This document shows, piece after piece, positions 29,432 through 38,556 of a stretch of 64,000 nt of DNA. The stretch covers positions 2,625,510 to 2,689,509 of the forward strand of contig OY969787.1 of the NCBI GenBank assembly GCA_963703095.1, read 5' to 3'. This stretch comes from an uncultured Actinomycetes bacterium. Its GTDB lineage: Bacteria; Actinomycetota; Thermoleophilia; Gaiellales; Gaiellaceae. A program made the translations under genes and the position numbers. The notes under the pieces were generated by a model. It searched no databases, was not told the origin of the DNA, and worked only from the letters and a program-made list of their open reading frames with translations. Positions within the stretch are counted from its first letter, which is position 1, and the number at the start of each line of letters is the position of its first letter.

Positions 29432-31015
29432 TCACGCCGCTCCCTTGGTCGAGCGGATCCCGGCGCCGCCGGGGGCGACGGCCTGACGGAGTGCCTGCCC
29501 GAGCGCCTTGAACGCGGCCTCTGCGACGTGGTGGTCGTCCTTCCCGGTGGCCTCGACGTGAACCGTGCAGCCCGCCTCCATCGTCAGCCGCTCGAGCGCG
29601 TGCGGGAGCAGCGACAGCGCCAGACCGCCGACGCGGTCGCCGGTGAAGCGGAGGTCGATCTCCGCGTGCGGGCGCCGCACGAGGTCGACCGCGGCCGTGG
29701 CACGCGCCTCGTCCATCGGCACGACCGCCGACCCGTAGCGCGCGACGCCCTCGCGAGTGCCGAGCGCCTGCGTGAGCGCGGTGCCGAGCGCCGCGAGCAC
29801 GTCCTCGACGGTGTGGTGCTCGTCGACGGCGAGATCGCCGCCCGCGAGGAGATCGAGGTCGAAGCCCGCGTGGAAGGCGCACAGCGTGAGGAGGTGGTCG
29901 AGGAAGCCCACGCCCGTGTCGACACGGCAGCGACCGCTTCCGTCCACGTCGAGCGTGAGCCGCAACGCGGTCTCCGTGGTGGTTCGCAGGACGGTCGCGC
30001 CGCGGCCCGGCGCGGGGCCAGGCTCGGCGCCGAGCGCGCGCAGCAGCACGTCGTTCTCGGACGGACGCCGGACGGTCACCCGGATCGCGTCGGGGAACGA
30101 GCGCACGACCATGCCCTCGGCCTCGAGCCTGTCGGCGAGCGGCTCGTCCGTCCGCAGGAGGACGAAGTTCCCCGCGACGCGCGGGCAGTCGTAGCCGGCC
30201 GCGAGCAGGGCGGTGCGCATCCGCTCACGCTCCGCGACCGTCGTCTCGACGTCGGCGAGGCGCGGGTCGCGGAGGGCCGCCGCGGCGATCCGGGCCGCCG
30301 GAGCCGCGATCGGGGCGGGCGCGCGGCGCTCGGTGAGCAGGGCCGCCGTCTCCGGGTGCGCCAGCGCATAGCCGACCCGCAGGGCTGCCAGCCCGAACGC
30401 CTTCGAGAGCGTCCGGAGGACGACGAGGTTCGGGAGCTCCTCGACCCAGGCGGCCGCGGTGCGCGCGCCGTACTCCACGTAGGCCTCGTCTGCGACGACG
30501 ATCGTCTCCGGCCGCGACCGCGCGATCTCTGCGATCTCCTCGGGATCGACGACCGCACCGGTCGGGTTGTTCGGGTTGCAGATCCACCGCACGCGCGCGT
30601 CGACCTCGGGCCCGACGGCCTCCGCCCCCACGAGCTCCGTCGCGATCCGGTAGAGCGCGTACGTCGGCACGTCGAGCGACGCGCGAAGACCAGGCCCGAG
30701 GAAGGTACGGGCGACGAGGAGGATGAGATCGTCCGCCCCAGCGCCGACGACGACGCTCTCCGGGCCGACCCCGGCATAGGAGCCCGCCGCCTCGCGCAGC
30801 TCGCGATACGTCCCCTCGGGGTACTCGTTCAGCCGCGCCATGCTCTCGGCGAGCGGCACCTGCGGCACGCCCGGCAGCGGCGGCGTGTTCTGATCGAACT
30901 TGATCACCACCGACCGGTCGAGACCGTGCCGCTCGGCGACCTCGTCGACCGTCGCGGCCCACCGGTACGGCGTGAACCCGTCCGCGACGGGCCGGGCGAG
31001 CGAGCGCACGCTCAT
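29432..31015 (-). CDS. hisC: in-frame fusion of histidinol-phosphate aminotransferase (HisC) and imidazoleglycerol-phosphate dehydratase (HisB)
   Basis: One 527-codon ORF holds both parts. The HisC part reads ..KFDQNTPPLPG...NPNNPTG...LRTLSKAFGLAALRVGY...IRVTV. It runs straight into the IGPD part: ATVLRTTTETALRLTLDVDGSG...GVGFLDHLL...DEHHTVEDV...GKDDHHVAEAAFKALG. The ATG at 31015 forms an ATGA overlap with the hisD stop. Confidence 0.85.
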   Translation of the reverse strand: MSVRSLARPVADGFTPYRWAATVDEVAERHGLDRSVVIKFDQNTPPLPGVPQVPLAESMARLNEYPEGTYRELREAAGSYAGVGPESVVVGAGADDLILLVARTFLGPGLRASLDVPTYALYRIATELVGAEAVGPEVDARVRWICNPNNPTGAVVDPEEIAEIARSRPETIVVADEAYVEYGARTAAAWVEELPNLVVLRTLSKAFGLAALRVGYALAHPETAALLTERRAPAPIAAPAARIAAAALRDPRLADVETTVAERERMRTALLAAGYDCPRVAGNFVLLRTDEPLADRLEAEGMVVRSFPDAIRVTVRRPSENDVLLRALGAEPGPAPGRGATVLRTTTETALRLTLDVDGSGRCRVDTGVGFLDHLLTLCAFHAGFDLDLLAGGDLAVDEHHTVEDVLAALGTALTQALGTREGVARYGSAVVPMDEARATAAVDLVRRPHAEIDLRFTGDRVGGLALSLLPHALERLTMEAGCTVHVEATGKDDHHVAEAAFKALGQALRQAVAPGGAGIRSTKGAA

Positions 31016-32166
31016 CCTGCGTCCTCCGGGCGCACCGCCGCGGCGTGCAGCGGGAGCCCCTCGACGCCCGCGAGCGGCCCGACGACCGCTGCGGCGCCGC
31101 GCAGCCCCTCGGCGGTCGCGCGAACGATCTGCACCGGCTTGAGGAACGCCTCCAGCCCGAGCCCGCCGACCGACCGCGCGAGACCGGCGGTCGGGAGCAC
31201 GTGGGTCGCGCCCGCCGCGTAGTCGCCGACGACCGACGAGCAGCCCACGAAGATCGCGCCCGCGTTCCGCAGGCGGCCGACGAGCGCCTCTGGGTCGGCG
31301 ACGTGCAGCTCGAGGTGCTCGGGCGCGTACGCCTCCGAACGGGCGACCGCCTCGTCGAGCGAGCCGACGACCTCGCAACGGACGTTCTCGTGCCCTGCGA
31401 CGAGCGAGGCGACCGCGGCGGCCAGGGAGGCGTCGGTCGTCAGCAGCACGGCCTCGCTGTCCGCGCCGTGCTCGGCCTGCGCGAGCAGGTCCGCGGCAAC
31501 GCGCTCCGCCGGCGGTGTCGCGTCCGCGATCACCACCACCTCGCTCGGCCCCGCGGGAAGGTCGATGCCGACCCGGCTCGACACCAGCAGCTTGGCGGCG
31601 GTGACGTACGCGTTGCCGGGCCCCACGATCCGGTCGACGGGTGCGATCGTCTCGGTGCCGTACGCGAGCGCCGCGACCGCCTGGGCGCCGCCGACGGCGT
31701 AGAGCTCGTCGATGCCGAGCTCGCGAGCCGCGACGAGCGTCGCGGGAACCGGGTTCGGGGTCACGACGACGATCCGCCGCACGCCGGCGACCTGCGCGGG
31801 CACCGCCCCCATCACGAGCGAGGACGGGAGCGGCGCACGGCCGCTCGGCACGCAGACGCCGACCGCGTCGACGGGGAGCCAGCGCCGCTCGGTGACGATC
31901 CCCGGCGCAGCCTCGATCCTCGTGTCGGCGGGGCGCTGTGCCTCGTTGAAGGCCCGCACGGCGTCGATCATCCGGCGCAGCGCCTCGACCACGTCCTGGT
32001 CGATCGTCGCCCTCGCGATCGCCTCGTCCGGGACGCGGAACCCGTCGGGGCGGGGCCCGTCGAAGCGCTCGGTCCACTCGAGCAGCGCCGCGTCGCCGCG
32101 CGCGCGCACGTCGGCGACGATGGGCGTCACCACGGCGAGTGCGTCGTCGAGGACGAGCCCCCTCAC
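31012..32166 (-). CDS. hisD: histidinol dehydrogenase
   Basis: The translation shows ..VRARGDAALLEWTERFDG...VCVPSGRAPLPSSLVM...GGAQAVAALAYGT...GPGNAYV...EHGADS...APEHLEL. The GTG at 32166 forms a GTGA overlap with the hisG stop. Confidence 0.9.
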   Translation of the reverse strand: MRGLVLDDALAVVTPIVADVRARGDAALLEWTERFDGPRPDGFRVPDEAIARATIDQDVVEALRRMIDAVRAFNEAQRPADTRIEAAPGIVTERRWLPVDAVGVCVPSGRAPLPSSLVMGAVPAQVAGVRRIVVVTPNPVPATLVAARELGIDELYAVGGAQAVAALAYGTETIAPVDRIVGPGNAYVTAAKLLVSSRVGIDLPAGPSEVVVIADATPPAERVAADLLAQAEHGADSEAVLLTTDASLAAAVASLVAGHENVRCEVVGSLDEAVARSEAYAPEHLELHVADPEALVGRLRNAGAIFVGCSSVVGDYAAGATHVLPTAGLARSVGGLGLEAFLKPVQIVRATAEGLRGAAAVVGPLAGVEGLPLHAAAVRPEDAG

Positions 32167-33050
32167 GGGATCAGCCGCTCGACGGGCATCACGAGGATCG
32201 ACGACGCCCCTGCGTCGCGCAGCGCGGGGAGCAGCGTCCAGACGGCGTCCGCGTCGACCGCCGCGTGGATCGCGATCTCGCCCTCGGCCGCGAGCTGGAG
32301 GACGGTCGGAGCGCCCATCGCGGGCAGGATCGCCCGGATGGCCGCGAGATCGTCGAGATGCGCGTTCATCATCACGTAGCGCCGCTTCCGGGCCGCCACG
32401 ACGCACGAGAGCATGAGCGCCAGTCGGTCGACGTCGCCGCGCCGCTCCTCGAGCGCGCGTCGTCCTGCGACGAGGACCGCCTGGGAGGTGAGGAGCTCCT
32501 CGAGCCCGCGCAGGCCGTTGGCGCTGAGCGTCGACCCGGTGGAGACGAGATCGACGATCGCGTCGGCCAGACCCAGGCGCGGCGCCGCCTCGACCGATCC
32601 GGAGACCGGGACGATCTCGCACGCGACACCGCGCTCGCCGAGCAGCCTCCGCGTCGATCCCGGGTACGCCGTCGCGACGCGGAGCCCCTCGAGATCGCGC
32701 GCCGCGTCGGCGCTCGAGTCCACGGGCACCGCCGCGGCGAGCGTGCAGCGCCCGAACCCCAGCTCGGCGAGCGTGACGACGTCCGCCTCGGCCTCGAACA
32801 CGAGGTTGGCACCCGTGATCCCCAGGTCGACGACGCCGTCCTGGACGTACTCCGGGATGTCGTCGGTGCGCACGAGCAGGAGGTCGACCGGCGCGTTGAC
32901 GCACGGCACGATCAGCGACCGCTCCGTCGCCTCGAAGGACAGCCCCGCGTCGGCGCAGAGCCGCAGTGACGGCTCTGACATTCGCCCCTTGGACGGAACG
33001 GCGAGGGTCAGCCTTCCGTTCTCGCCGGGACGGACGAGCGCCGCGCTCAT
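32163..33050 (-). CDS. hisG: ATP phosphoribosyltransferase (long form)
   Basis: The translation shows RLTLAVPSKGRMSEPSLRLCADAGL...LLLVRTDDIPEYVQDGVVDLGITG...DLVSTGSTL plus a C-terminal regulatory domain. The ATG at 33050 forms an ATGA overlap with the upstream stop. Confidence 0.9.
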   Translation of the reverse strand: MSAALVRPGENGRLTLAVPSKGRMSEPSLRLCADAGLSFEATERSLIVPCVNAPVDLLLVRTDDIPEYVQDGVVDLGITGANLVFEAEADVVTLAELGFGRCTLAAAVPVDSSADAARDLEGLRVATAYPGSTRRLLGERGVACEIVPVSGSVEAAPRLGLADAIVDLVSTGSTLSANGLRGLEELLTSQAVLVAGRRALEERRGDVDRLALMLSCVVAARKRRYVMMNAHLDDLAAIRAILPAMGAPTVLQLAAEGEIAIHAAVDADAVWTLLPALRDAGASSILVMPVERLIP

Positions 33051-33394
33051 CGAGCTCCTCCCCGGCGCGCGAGCGCCGTGCGGTAGCCGCCGGTGCCATT
33101 GCGGAGCCACTGCGCGACCCGCGTGACCGTCGCCGTCGACGTCGGCACCCGCTCGGCGATCTCGACGTAGGACACCCCCTCCTCGAGGAGCTGCACGATC
33201 TGCCACCGGTGGGCGAGCGCCTCGAGCTCGGGCAGCGTGCAGAGGTCGCGCAGGAACCGCGTCACCTCGTCGGCGTCGCGGAGCGTGAGCACGGCCGTCG
33301 CGAGGTCGTCGAGGCCGGCGACCGGCTCGACGGCACGGCCGACGTCGGCCTCGGCCCCGGGGCGTGCGACCCGCGAGCCCGCTCTCGTCGTCAT
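33047..33394 (-). CDS. TrpR-like YerC/YecD family regulator, first gene of the his operon (HisR-like)
   Basis: FLRDLCTLPELEALAHRWQIVQLLEEGVSYVEIAERVPTSTATVTRVAQWLRNGTGGY is the YerC/YecD (TrpR-fold) signature. Confidence 0.75.
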   Translation of the reverse strand: MTTRAGSRVARPGAEADVGRAVEPVAGLDDLATAVLTLRDADEVTRFLRDLCTLPELEALAHRWQIVQLLEEGVSYVEIAERVPTSTATVTRVAQWLRNGTGGYRTALARRGGAR

Positions 33395-33415
33395 GCGCGC
33401 CTCGTCGTCATGCGC
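33384..33415. repeat. 17-bp tandem duplication spanning the hisR-like start codon
   Basis: The sequence ctcgtcgtcatgcgc occurs at 33384-33398 and again at 33401-33415, a period of 17. Confidence 0.9.
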
Positions 33416-33434
33416 ACCATGATAGCATGTTAGC

Positions 33435-34175
33435 GTGCTACTACGGGAGTTCGAGCTGCTGCCGGCGATCGACGTCCTCGAGGGGCGCGTCGTCCGCCTC
33501 CGTCAGGGCCGGCGCGAGCACGTGACGATCGAGGGAGGCGACCCCGTCGAGCTCGCGCGCCGCTTCGCCGCCGAGGGCGCCGACCGGCTGCACCTCGTCG
33601 ACCTCGACGGCGCGTTCTCGGGCGCGCCGACGCTCGGCCTCGTCCGCCGCATCGCCGAGGCCGGCGGGCTCCCGGTGCAGGTCGGCGGCGGCTACCGGAG
33701 CCTGGAGGCGGTGGCGGCAGCCCTCGACGCCGGGGCCGACCGCGTGATGGTCGGCACGGCGGCGCTCGAGCCGGGCTTCCTCGAGCGCGCGATCGCTGCC
33801 CTGGGCGGCGGCATCGTCGTCGCCGTCGACGCGCGCTCTGGCCGCGTCGCAGCGGACGGGTGGACCCGTCTCTCCGACCTCACCCCCGTCGAGCTCGCCC
33901 GGCGGTGCGCCGAGCTCGGGGTCGAGCGACTGCTCGTCACGAGCGCCGCCCGGGACGGCTCGCTCGCCGGGCCGGACCTCGAGCTGCTCGCCTCCGTCGT
34001 CCCCTTCGGGATCCCCGTGCTCGCCGCCGGAGGCGTCGCGTCCGTCGACGACGTGCTCGCGCTCCGGCGCGCGGGCTGCGCGGGCGCCGTGTGCGGGAGC
34101 GCGCTGCTGTCGGGTCGCTTCACGCTCGCCGAGGCGCGCGCCGCGCTCGGGCGTCCGGATCCAGCTGCCGCGTAG
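33435..34175 (+). CDS. hisA: HisA / PriA-type ProFAR isomerase
   Basis: The translation shows LLPAIDVLEGRVVRLRQG...LHLVDLDGA...VQVGGGYRS...VVAVDAR...LLVTSAARDGSLAGPD...VLAAGGVAS. It uses a GTG start and is transcribed divergently from the rest of the his genes. Confidence 0.9.
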   Translation: MLLREFELLPAIDVLEGRVVRLRQGRREHVTIEGGDPVELARRFAAEGADRLHLVDLDGAFSGAPTLGLVRRIAEAGGLPVQVGGGYRSLEAVAAALDAGADRVMVGTAALEPGFLERAIAALGGGIVVAVDARSGRVAADGWTRLSDLTPVELARRCAELGVERLLVTSAARDGSLAGPDLELLASVVPFGIPVLAAGGVASVDDVLALRRAGCAGAVCGSALLSGRFTLAEARAALGRPDPAAA

Positions 34176-34193
34176 GCCGCGGGTGGCTCGCCT

Positions 34194-34643
34194 CTACGGC
34201 GTCACGCCGGGCGGGGAGCTCGACCACGTCTCGAGCAGCCCCGCCTCGAGCTGCGCCTGCTCCTCGTCCGAGAGGCGTGCGCTCCCGTGCGTCCAGCGGT
34301 AGTAGAAAGGAGGCATCTCGCCGTCGCGGATCGAGTCGACGACCTCGCGCGGGTTGGTCGCCTGGGGCCGGTCCCACTCGCTGAAGTTGAGGACGGCCCG
34401 TCCGTCCTCGACGTCGCGCTGCGTCAGCCAGGAGACGGGGGCGACGTTCGTGTACCACGGCCACGAGGTCACGTTGGAGTGGCAGTCGAAGCAGGCGCCG
34501 AGCGCGAGGTCGCGCGTGCGGTCGCTGTCCCAGGCCGGCTCCTGGACGGTCGACGGGTTGTCGTGGTCGCGCCCGTAGGGCACGAGCTGGATCGCGCCGA
34601 ACACGACGAGCGCGAGCGCGAGGAGCTTCATGAAGCGCGACAT
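34194..34643 (-). CDS. haem-binding domain-containing (CxxCH) exported protein
   Basis: It has a signal anchor (MSRFMKLLALALVVFGAIQLV), a CFDCHS motif and NVAPVSWL...NFSEW...GEMPP, typical of the Haem_bd family. Confidence 0.7.
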   Translation of the reverse strand: MSRFMKLLALALVVFGAIQLVPYGRDHDNPSTVQEPAWDSDRTRDLALGACFDCHSNVTSWPWYTNVAPVSWLTQRDVEDGRAVLNFSEWDRPQATNPREVVDSIRDGEMPPFYYRWTHGSARLSDEEQAQLEAGLLETWSSSPPGVTP

Positions 34644-34753
34644 GCGCTCAGTCTGACCGGGATGGGGGACGGACACCACCCCCTGCGCGGGGCCCGCCGA
34701 CCAGCACGCGAGGCGATCGATGGCTCGGCGAGGCCGAGGCACTCCGGAGAGGC

Positions 34754-37117
34754 CTACCGCCCGCGAGCTGCGAGCGCGGCCGGGCGGTGGAGACGCGCGG
34801 GTGCCGTCAGCCCGGCGTCCCGCACAGGCGGGCTCACGGGCGGGGCGAGCGGCGGGGCGCCGAACGAGCGGCGCAGCTGCTCCACAGGCGGCGCGCCATA
34901 GGTCGTCGTCCGCTGCCGCGGCACGCGACCGGCGGAGCGGATCAGCTCCTCCATCCGCTCGGGGGGCAGCTCCTGCCCCCACTGCGAGCCGGCCGAGCGC
35001 GAGATCGACTCGTTCATCAGCGTGCCGCCGAGATCGTTGACGCCGGCAGCGAGCGCCTGGCGCACGCCGTCGGGCCCGAGCTTCACCCACGACGCCTGGA
35101 CGTTCGTGATCAGCGGGTGCAGCGCCAGGCGAGCGACCGCGTGGACGAGCAGCGTCTCGCGGAACGTCGGCCCGCGCCGCGCGCGCCCCTGGACGTACAT
35201 CGGCGCCTCCATCGGGACGAACGGGAGCGGCACGAGCTCGGTGAAGCCACCCGTCTCCCGCTGCTGCGCGCGGGCGCGGAGGAGGTGCCGCGCCCAGTGC
35301 TCGGGCCGGTCGACGTGGCCGAACATCATCGTGACGTTCGAGCGCAGCCCGGCGCGGTGCGCGGCGGCGTGGACGGCGAGCCACTGGTCGGTCGTGACCT
35401 TGTCCGGGCAGATCACCGCCCGCACCTCGTCGTCGAGGATCTCGGCGGCCGTCCCCGGCAGCGACCCGAGCCCGAGCTCGCGCAGGCGGGCGAGGTAGGC
35501 GTCGAGGCCGAGTCCGAGCGTCGCGGCACCCTGCCAGACCTCGAGCGCCGAGAAGGCGTGCACGTGGACCCCGGGCACGGCAGCCCGGATCGCCTCGACG
35601 ACGCTCGCGTAGTAGTCGCCGGTGAACGCCGGGTGGATGCCGCCCTGCAGGCACACCTCGGTCGCGCCGCGCTCCCACGCCTCCTCCGCGCGCCGCACGA
35701 TCTCCTCGAGCGGCACCAGGTACGCCGGCCCGCGCAGGTTCTCCGCGAGCTTGCCCTTCGAGAAGGCGCAGAACCCGCAGCGGAAGTAGCACACGTTCGT
35801 GTACTGGACGTTCCGCGTCACGACGTACGTCACCTCGTCGCCGCACACCTCCCTCCGCAGGCGGTCGGCGGCGGCGAGCACCCGCTCGACCTCCCGCCCA
35901 CGGCTCTCGAGCAGCCGCACGAGCTCCTGCTCCCCGAGCTCGTCGCCGGAGAGACCGGCGGGCGCGGCGTCCCGCCGGACGAGGTAGGGCGGCGTGCCCG
36001 GCTCGCCGGGCGCCCAGCGATCGTCGCGGGCGAGCCCGCTCGCGTCCGCCGCGCGCCGGATCGCCGGCGCGACCCCAGCGTCGGCCCACGTCTCGAGCTC
36101 GGCGACGTGCTCCGGGTAGAGGGGCAACCGAGGAGCGAGCTCGAGCCCGCGCGCACGGCACGCCTCGCGCAGCCGCTCGACGTCCGGCCAGGGCGCCTCG
36201 GGATTGACGTGATCGAGGGTCACCGGGGAGACGCCGCCCCAGTCGTCGATCCCGGCGTCGAGCAGCAGCGGGAAGTCGTCGTAGGCGAGGTTCGGCGGTG
36301 CCTGGACGTGGACATCCGGGCCGAGCACGATGCGCGCGACCGCCACCGACCAGAGGTGCTCCTCCAGCGTCGCGTCGGGGTGGTCGGCCATGCGCGTCCC
36401 CGGCTTGGCGCGGAAGTTCTGGACGATGACCTCGCGCAGATGCCCGTGCTCCGCCGCGACCTCGTGCAGGGCGAGGAGCGCGTCGATGCGCTCCTCGCGC
36501 GTCTCCCCGATGCCGACGAGGATCCCGCTGGTGAACGGGATGCGGAGCTCGCCGGCGAGCCGGATCGTCTCCAGTCGGGCGGCGGGCCGCTTGTCGGGCG
36601 AGGCCCAGTGCGGTCCGCCCTTCGCGGCCAGCCGCTCGGCGGTGGTCTCCAGCATGATCCCCATCGAGGCGGCGACCGGACGCAGGGCGACGAGCTCCTC
36701 GCGGGTCATCACACCCGGGTTGAGGTGCGGGAGCAGACCCGTCTCGCGGAGCACGAGACGCGCGCAGTGCGCCAGGTGCTCGAGCGTCGTCGAGCGGCCG
36801 AGCGCTGCGAGCTCCTCCCGTGCGACGCGGTAGCGCAGCTCCGGCTTGTCGCCCAGCGTGAACAGCGCCTCGGTGCACCCTGCCGCCGCGCCGGCGCGCG
36901 CGATCTCCAGCACCTCCACCTCACCGAGGTACGCGCGCTCGCCGCGGCGCGGGGGGCGCGCGAAGGTGCAGTAGCCGCACACGTCCCGGCACAGGGTCGT
37001 CAGCGGGACGAACACCTTCGGCGAGTACGTCACCCGCGTGCCACGGCGGATGCGGCGCGCCTCGGCCAAGAGGTCGTCGAGCGGCGCCGCGAGGAGATCG
37101 GGGACGAGGTCGGTCAT
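34754..37117 (-). CDS. fbiC: bifunctional FO synthase FbiC (CofG+CofH), F420 biosynthesis
   Basis: There are two radical-SAM halves (CRDVCGYCTF and CYFRCGFCAF). The product is 787 aa with start at ATG 37117 (MTDLVPDLL). Confidence 0.93.
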   Translation of the reverse strand: MTDLVPDLLAAPLDDLLAEARRIRRGTRVTYSPKVFVPLTTLCRDVCGYCTFARPPRRGERAYLGEVEVLEIARAGAAAGCTEALFTLGDKPELRYRVAREELAALGRSTTLEHLAHCARLVLRETGLLPHLNPGVMTREELVALRPVAASMGIMLETTAERLAAKGGPHWASPDKRPAARLETIRLAGELRIPFTSGILVGIGETREERIDALLALHEVAAEHGHLREVIVQNFRAKPGTRMADHPDATLEEHLWSVAVARIVLGPDVHVQAPPNLAYDDFPLLLDAGIDDWGGVSPVTLDHVNPEAPWPDVERLREACRARGLELAPRLPLYPEHVAELETWADAGVAPAIRRAADASGLARDDRWAPGEPGTPPYLVRRDAAPAGLSGDELGEQELVRLLESRGREVERVLAAADRLRREVCGDEVTYVVTRNVQYTNVCYFRCGFCAFSKGKLAENLRGPAYLVPLEEIVRRAEEAWERGATEVCLQGGIHPAFTGDYYASVVEAIRAAVPGVHVHAFSALEVWQGAATLGLGLDAYLARLRELGLGSLPGTAAEILDDEVRAVICPDKVTTDQWLAVHAAAHRAGLRSNVTMMFGHVDRPEHWARHLLRARAQQRETGGFTELVPLPFVPMEAPMYVQGRARRGPTFRETLLVHAVARLALHPLITNVQASWVKLGPDGVRQALAAGVNDLGGTLMNESISRSAGSQWGQELPPERMEELIRSAGRVPRQRTTTYGAPPVEQLRRSFGAPPLAPPVSPPVRDAGLTAPARLHRPAALAARGR

Positions 37118-37221
37118 CGGTGACGTGCTGGGGCTGCGTCGCCGGAACGGTCTCCTCGTGCCGGAGAGCCGAGCATACGCGAACGCCCCCTGCGTCCGTC
37201 GGCACACGCGGCCGGACACGC

Positions 37222-37249
37222 GAGGGGGCCGGCGGATGCCGGCCCCCTC
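37222..37249 (-). terminator. strong GC hairpin after the liv substrate-binding gene
   Basis: gagggggccggc-ggat-gccggccccctc forms a perfect 12-bp stem with a 4-nt loop, about 25 nt past the stop at 37274. There is no U tract. Confidence 0.55.
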
Positions 37250-37273
37250 GTCACACGTCGCTGACCGTGGGCG

Positions 37274-38509
37274 CTACGAGGCCCGGTAGGACCAGAGGCC
37301 GCCGAACGACTTCCAGCCGCCCTTGACGTAGCGCGAGAGCACCATCTGCTCGATCGGGAAGTGGTCGGTCGTGCCGGACGTCTTCAGCGCGATCCCGGGG
37401 AGCAGGAACGGATTGGCCGTGAAGCTCATGTTGGAGACGGCCTTCACGAGCGCCGCGCGGGTCGGCTCCTTGCCGGAGCGCTTGAGCGCCTCCACGGTCG
37501 TCCAGGCCGCGGCCATGCCGTACAGGTGGTAGACGTCGTTCGGGTTCCCACCGGCGACGTACTGCTTCATGATCTGCCGGTAGAGCGCGACGGCCTTGTC
37601 CTTGGCCCACTTCGGATCGGTCGGATCCTTCAGGAACTGGATCGAGAGCGAGCCGGGGACGACCTTGTTCGCACCGCCCTCGGAGGCGAGGGTCATGATG
37701 TTCGAGGCGGAGGAGACGGCGTTGTTGATCGTCAGCTTGGGCCGCCAGCCGAGCTTGTTCGCGAACACGTACGCCTGGATCGCGAACTTGGGCGTCGCGA
37801 AGATCGCGAACGTGTTGGCGCCGGAGGACTTCAGCTTCGCCACCTGCGAGCCGACGTCGGAGGCGGTCACCTCGTACGGCTCGGCGGCGATCACCTTCGC
37901 CTTCGAGCGCGCGAGACCCCGCTTGAGACCGGCGAGGAGATCCTTGCCGTAGGAGTCGTTCTGGAACAGCACCGCGATCCGCGAGGCGGGTGCGGTGCGG
38001 GCGAGGTACTTGCCGTAGACCCACCCCTCGGCCTGGTAGCTGGGCTGGAACCCGATCGTGTAGGGGTAGCGCTCGACGTCCGCACCGAAGGACGTCGCGC
38101 CGGAGGCGGCGAACAGCTGGGGCACCTTCGTCGCGTTGAGGTACTCGCGGATCGCCTCGTTGTGCTCCGTGCCGAGCGCGTTGAAGATCGCGAACACCTT
38201 GTCCTGCTCGACGAGCTGACGCGTCGCCTGGATCGTCTGCGCCGGGTTGTAGGCGTCGTCGACGTACTTGTACGTGATCTTGCGCCCGTTGACGCCGCCG
38301 CGAGCGTTGACGTACTTGAAGTACCCGTCCGCGCCGCGGGCCACCGACGCGTAGGCGGCCGCGGAGCCCGAGAGCGGCGTCGTCCCGCCGAGCAGGATCT
38401 CACCCGCAGAGATGCCCGGGTCTGCGGACGATCCGGCGGTCGCGGCTGCTGCGCCGAGCGCGGCGGTGGCGGCGACGGCCGCGAGCGCGAGTACCAGCTT
38501 GCTCTTCAT
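37274..38509 (-). CDS. branched-chain amino acid ABC transporter substrate-binding protein (LivK/LivJ-like)
   Basis: It has a signal peptide (MKSKLVLALAAVAATAALGAAAATAGS) and a type-I periplasmic binding fold (GGTTPLSGSAAAYA...GGVNGRKITYKYVDD). GAGGAG lies before the ATG at 38509. Confidence 0.88.
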   Translation of the reverse strand: MKSKLVLALAAVAATAALGAAAATAGSSADPGISAGEILLGGTTPLSGSAAAYASVARGADGYFKYVNARGGVNGRKITYKYVDDAYNPAQTIQATRQLVEQDKVFAIFNALGTEHNEAIREYLNATKVPQLFAASGATSFGADVERYPYTIGFQPSYQAEGWVYGKYLARTAPASRIAVLFQNDSYGKDLLAGLKRGLARSKAKVIAAEPYEVTASDVGSQVAKLKSSGANTFAIFATPKFAIQAYVFANKLGWRPKLTINNAVSSASNIMTLASEGGANKVVPGSLSIQFLKDPTDPKWAKDKAVALYRQIMKQYVAGGNPNDVYHLYGMAAAWTTVEALKRSGKEPTRAALVKAVSNMSFTANPFLLPGIALKTSGTTDHFPIEQMVLSRYVKGGWKSFGGLWSYRAS

Positions 38510-38527
38510 CGGTTGAGATCTCCTCGG

Positions 38528-38556
38528 TGGAGGGTTCTGTTGATGGAGGGTTCTGT
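38528..38556. repeat. perfect 13-bp direct repeat (tggagggttctgt) x2, 3-bp spacer, just upstream of the livK-like RBS
   Basis: Read directly from the sequence: 38528-38540 and 38544-38556. Confidence 0.9.
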
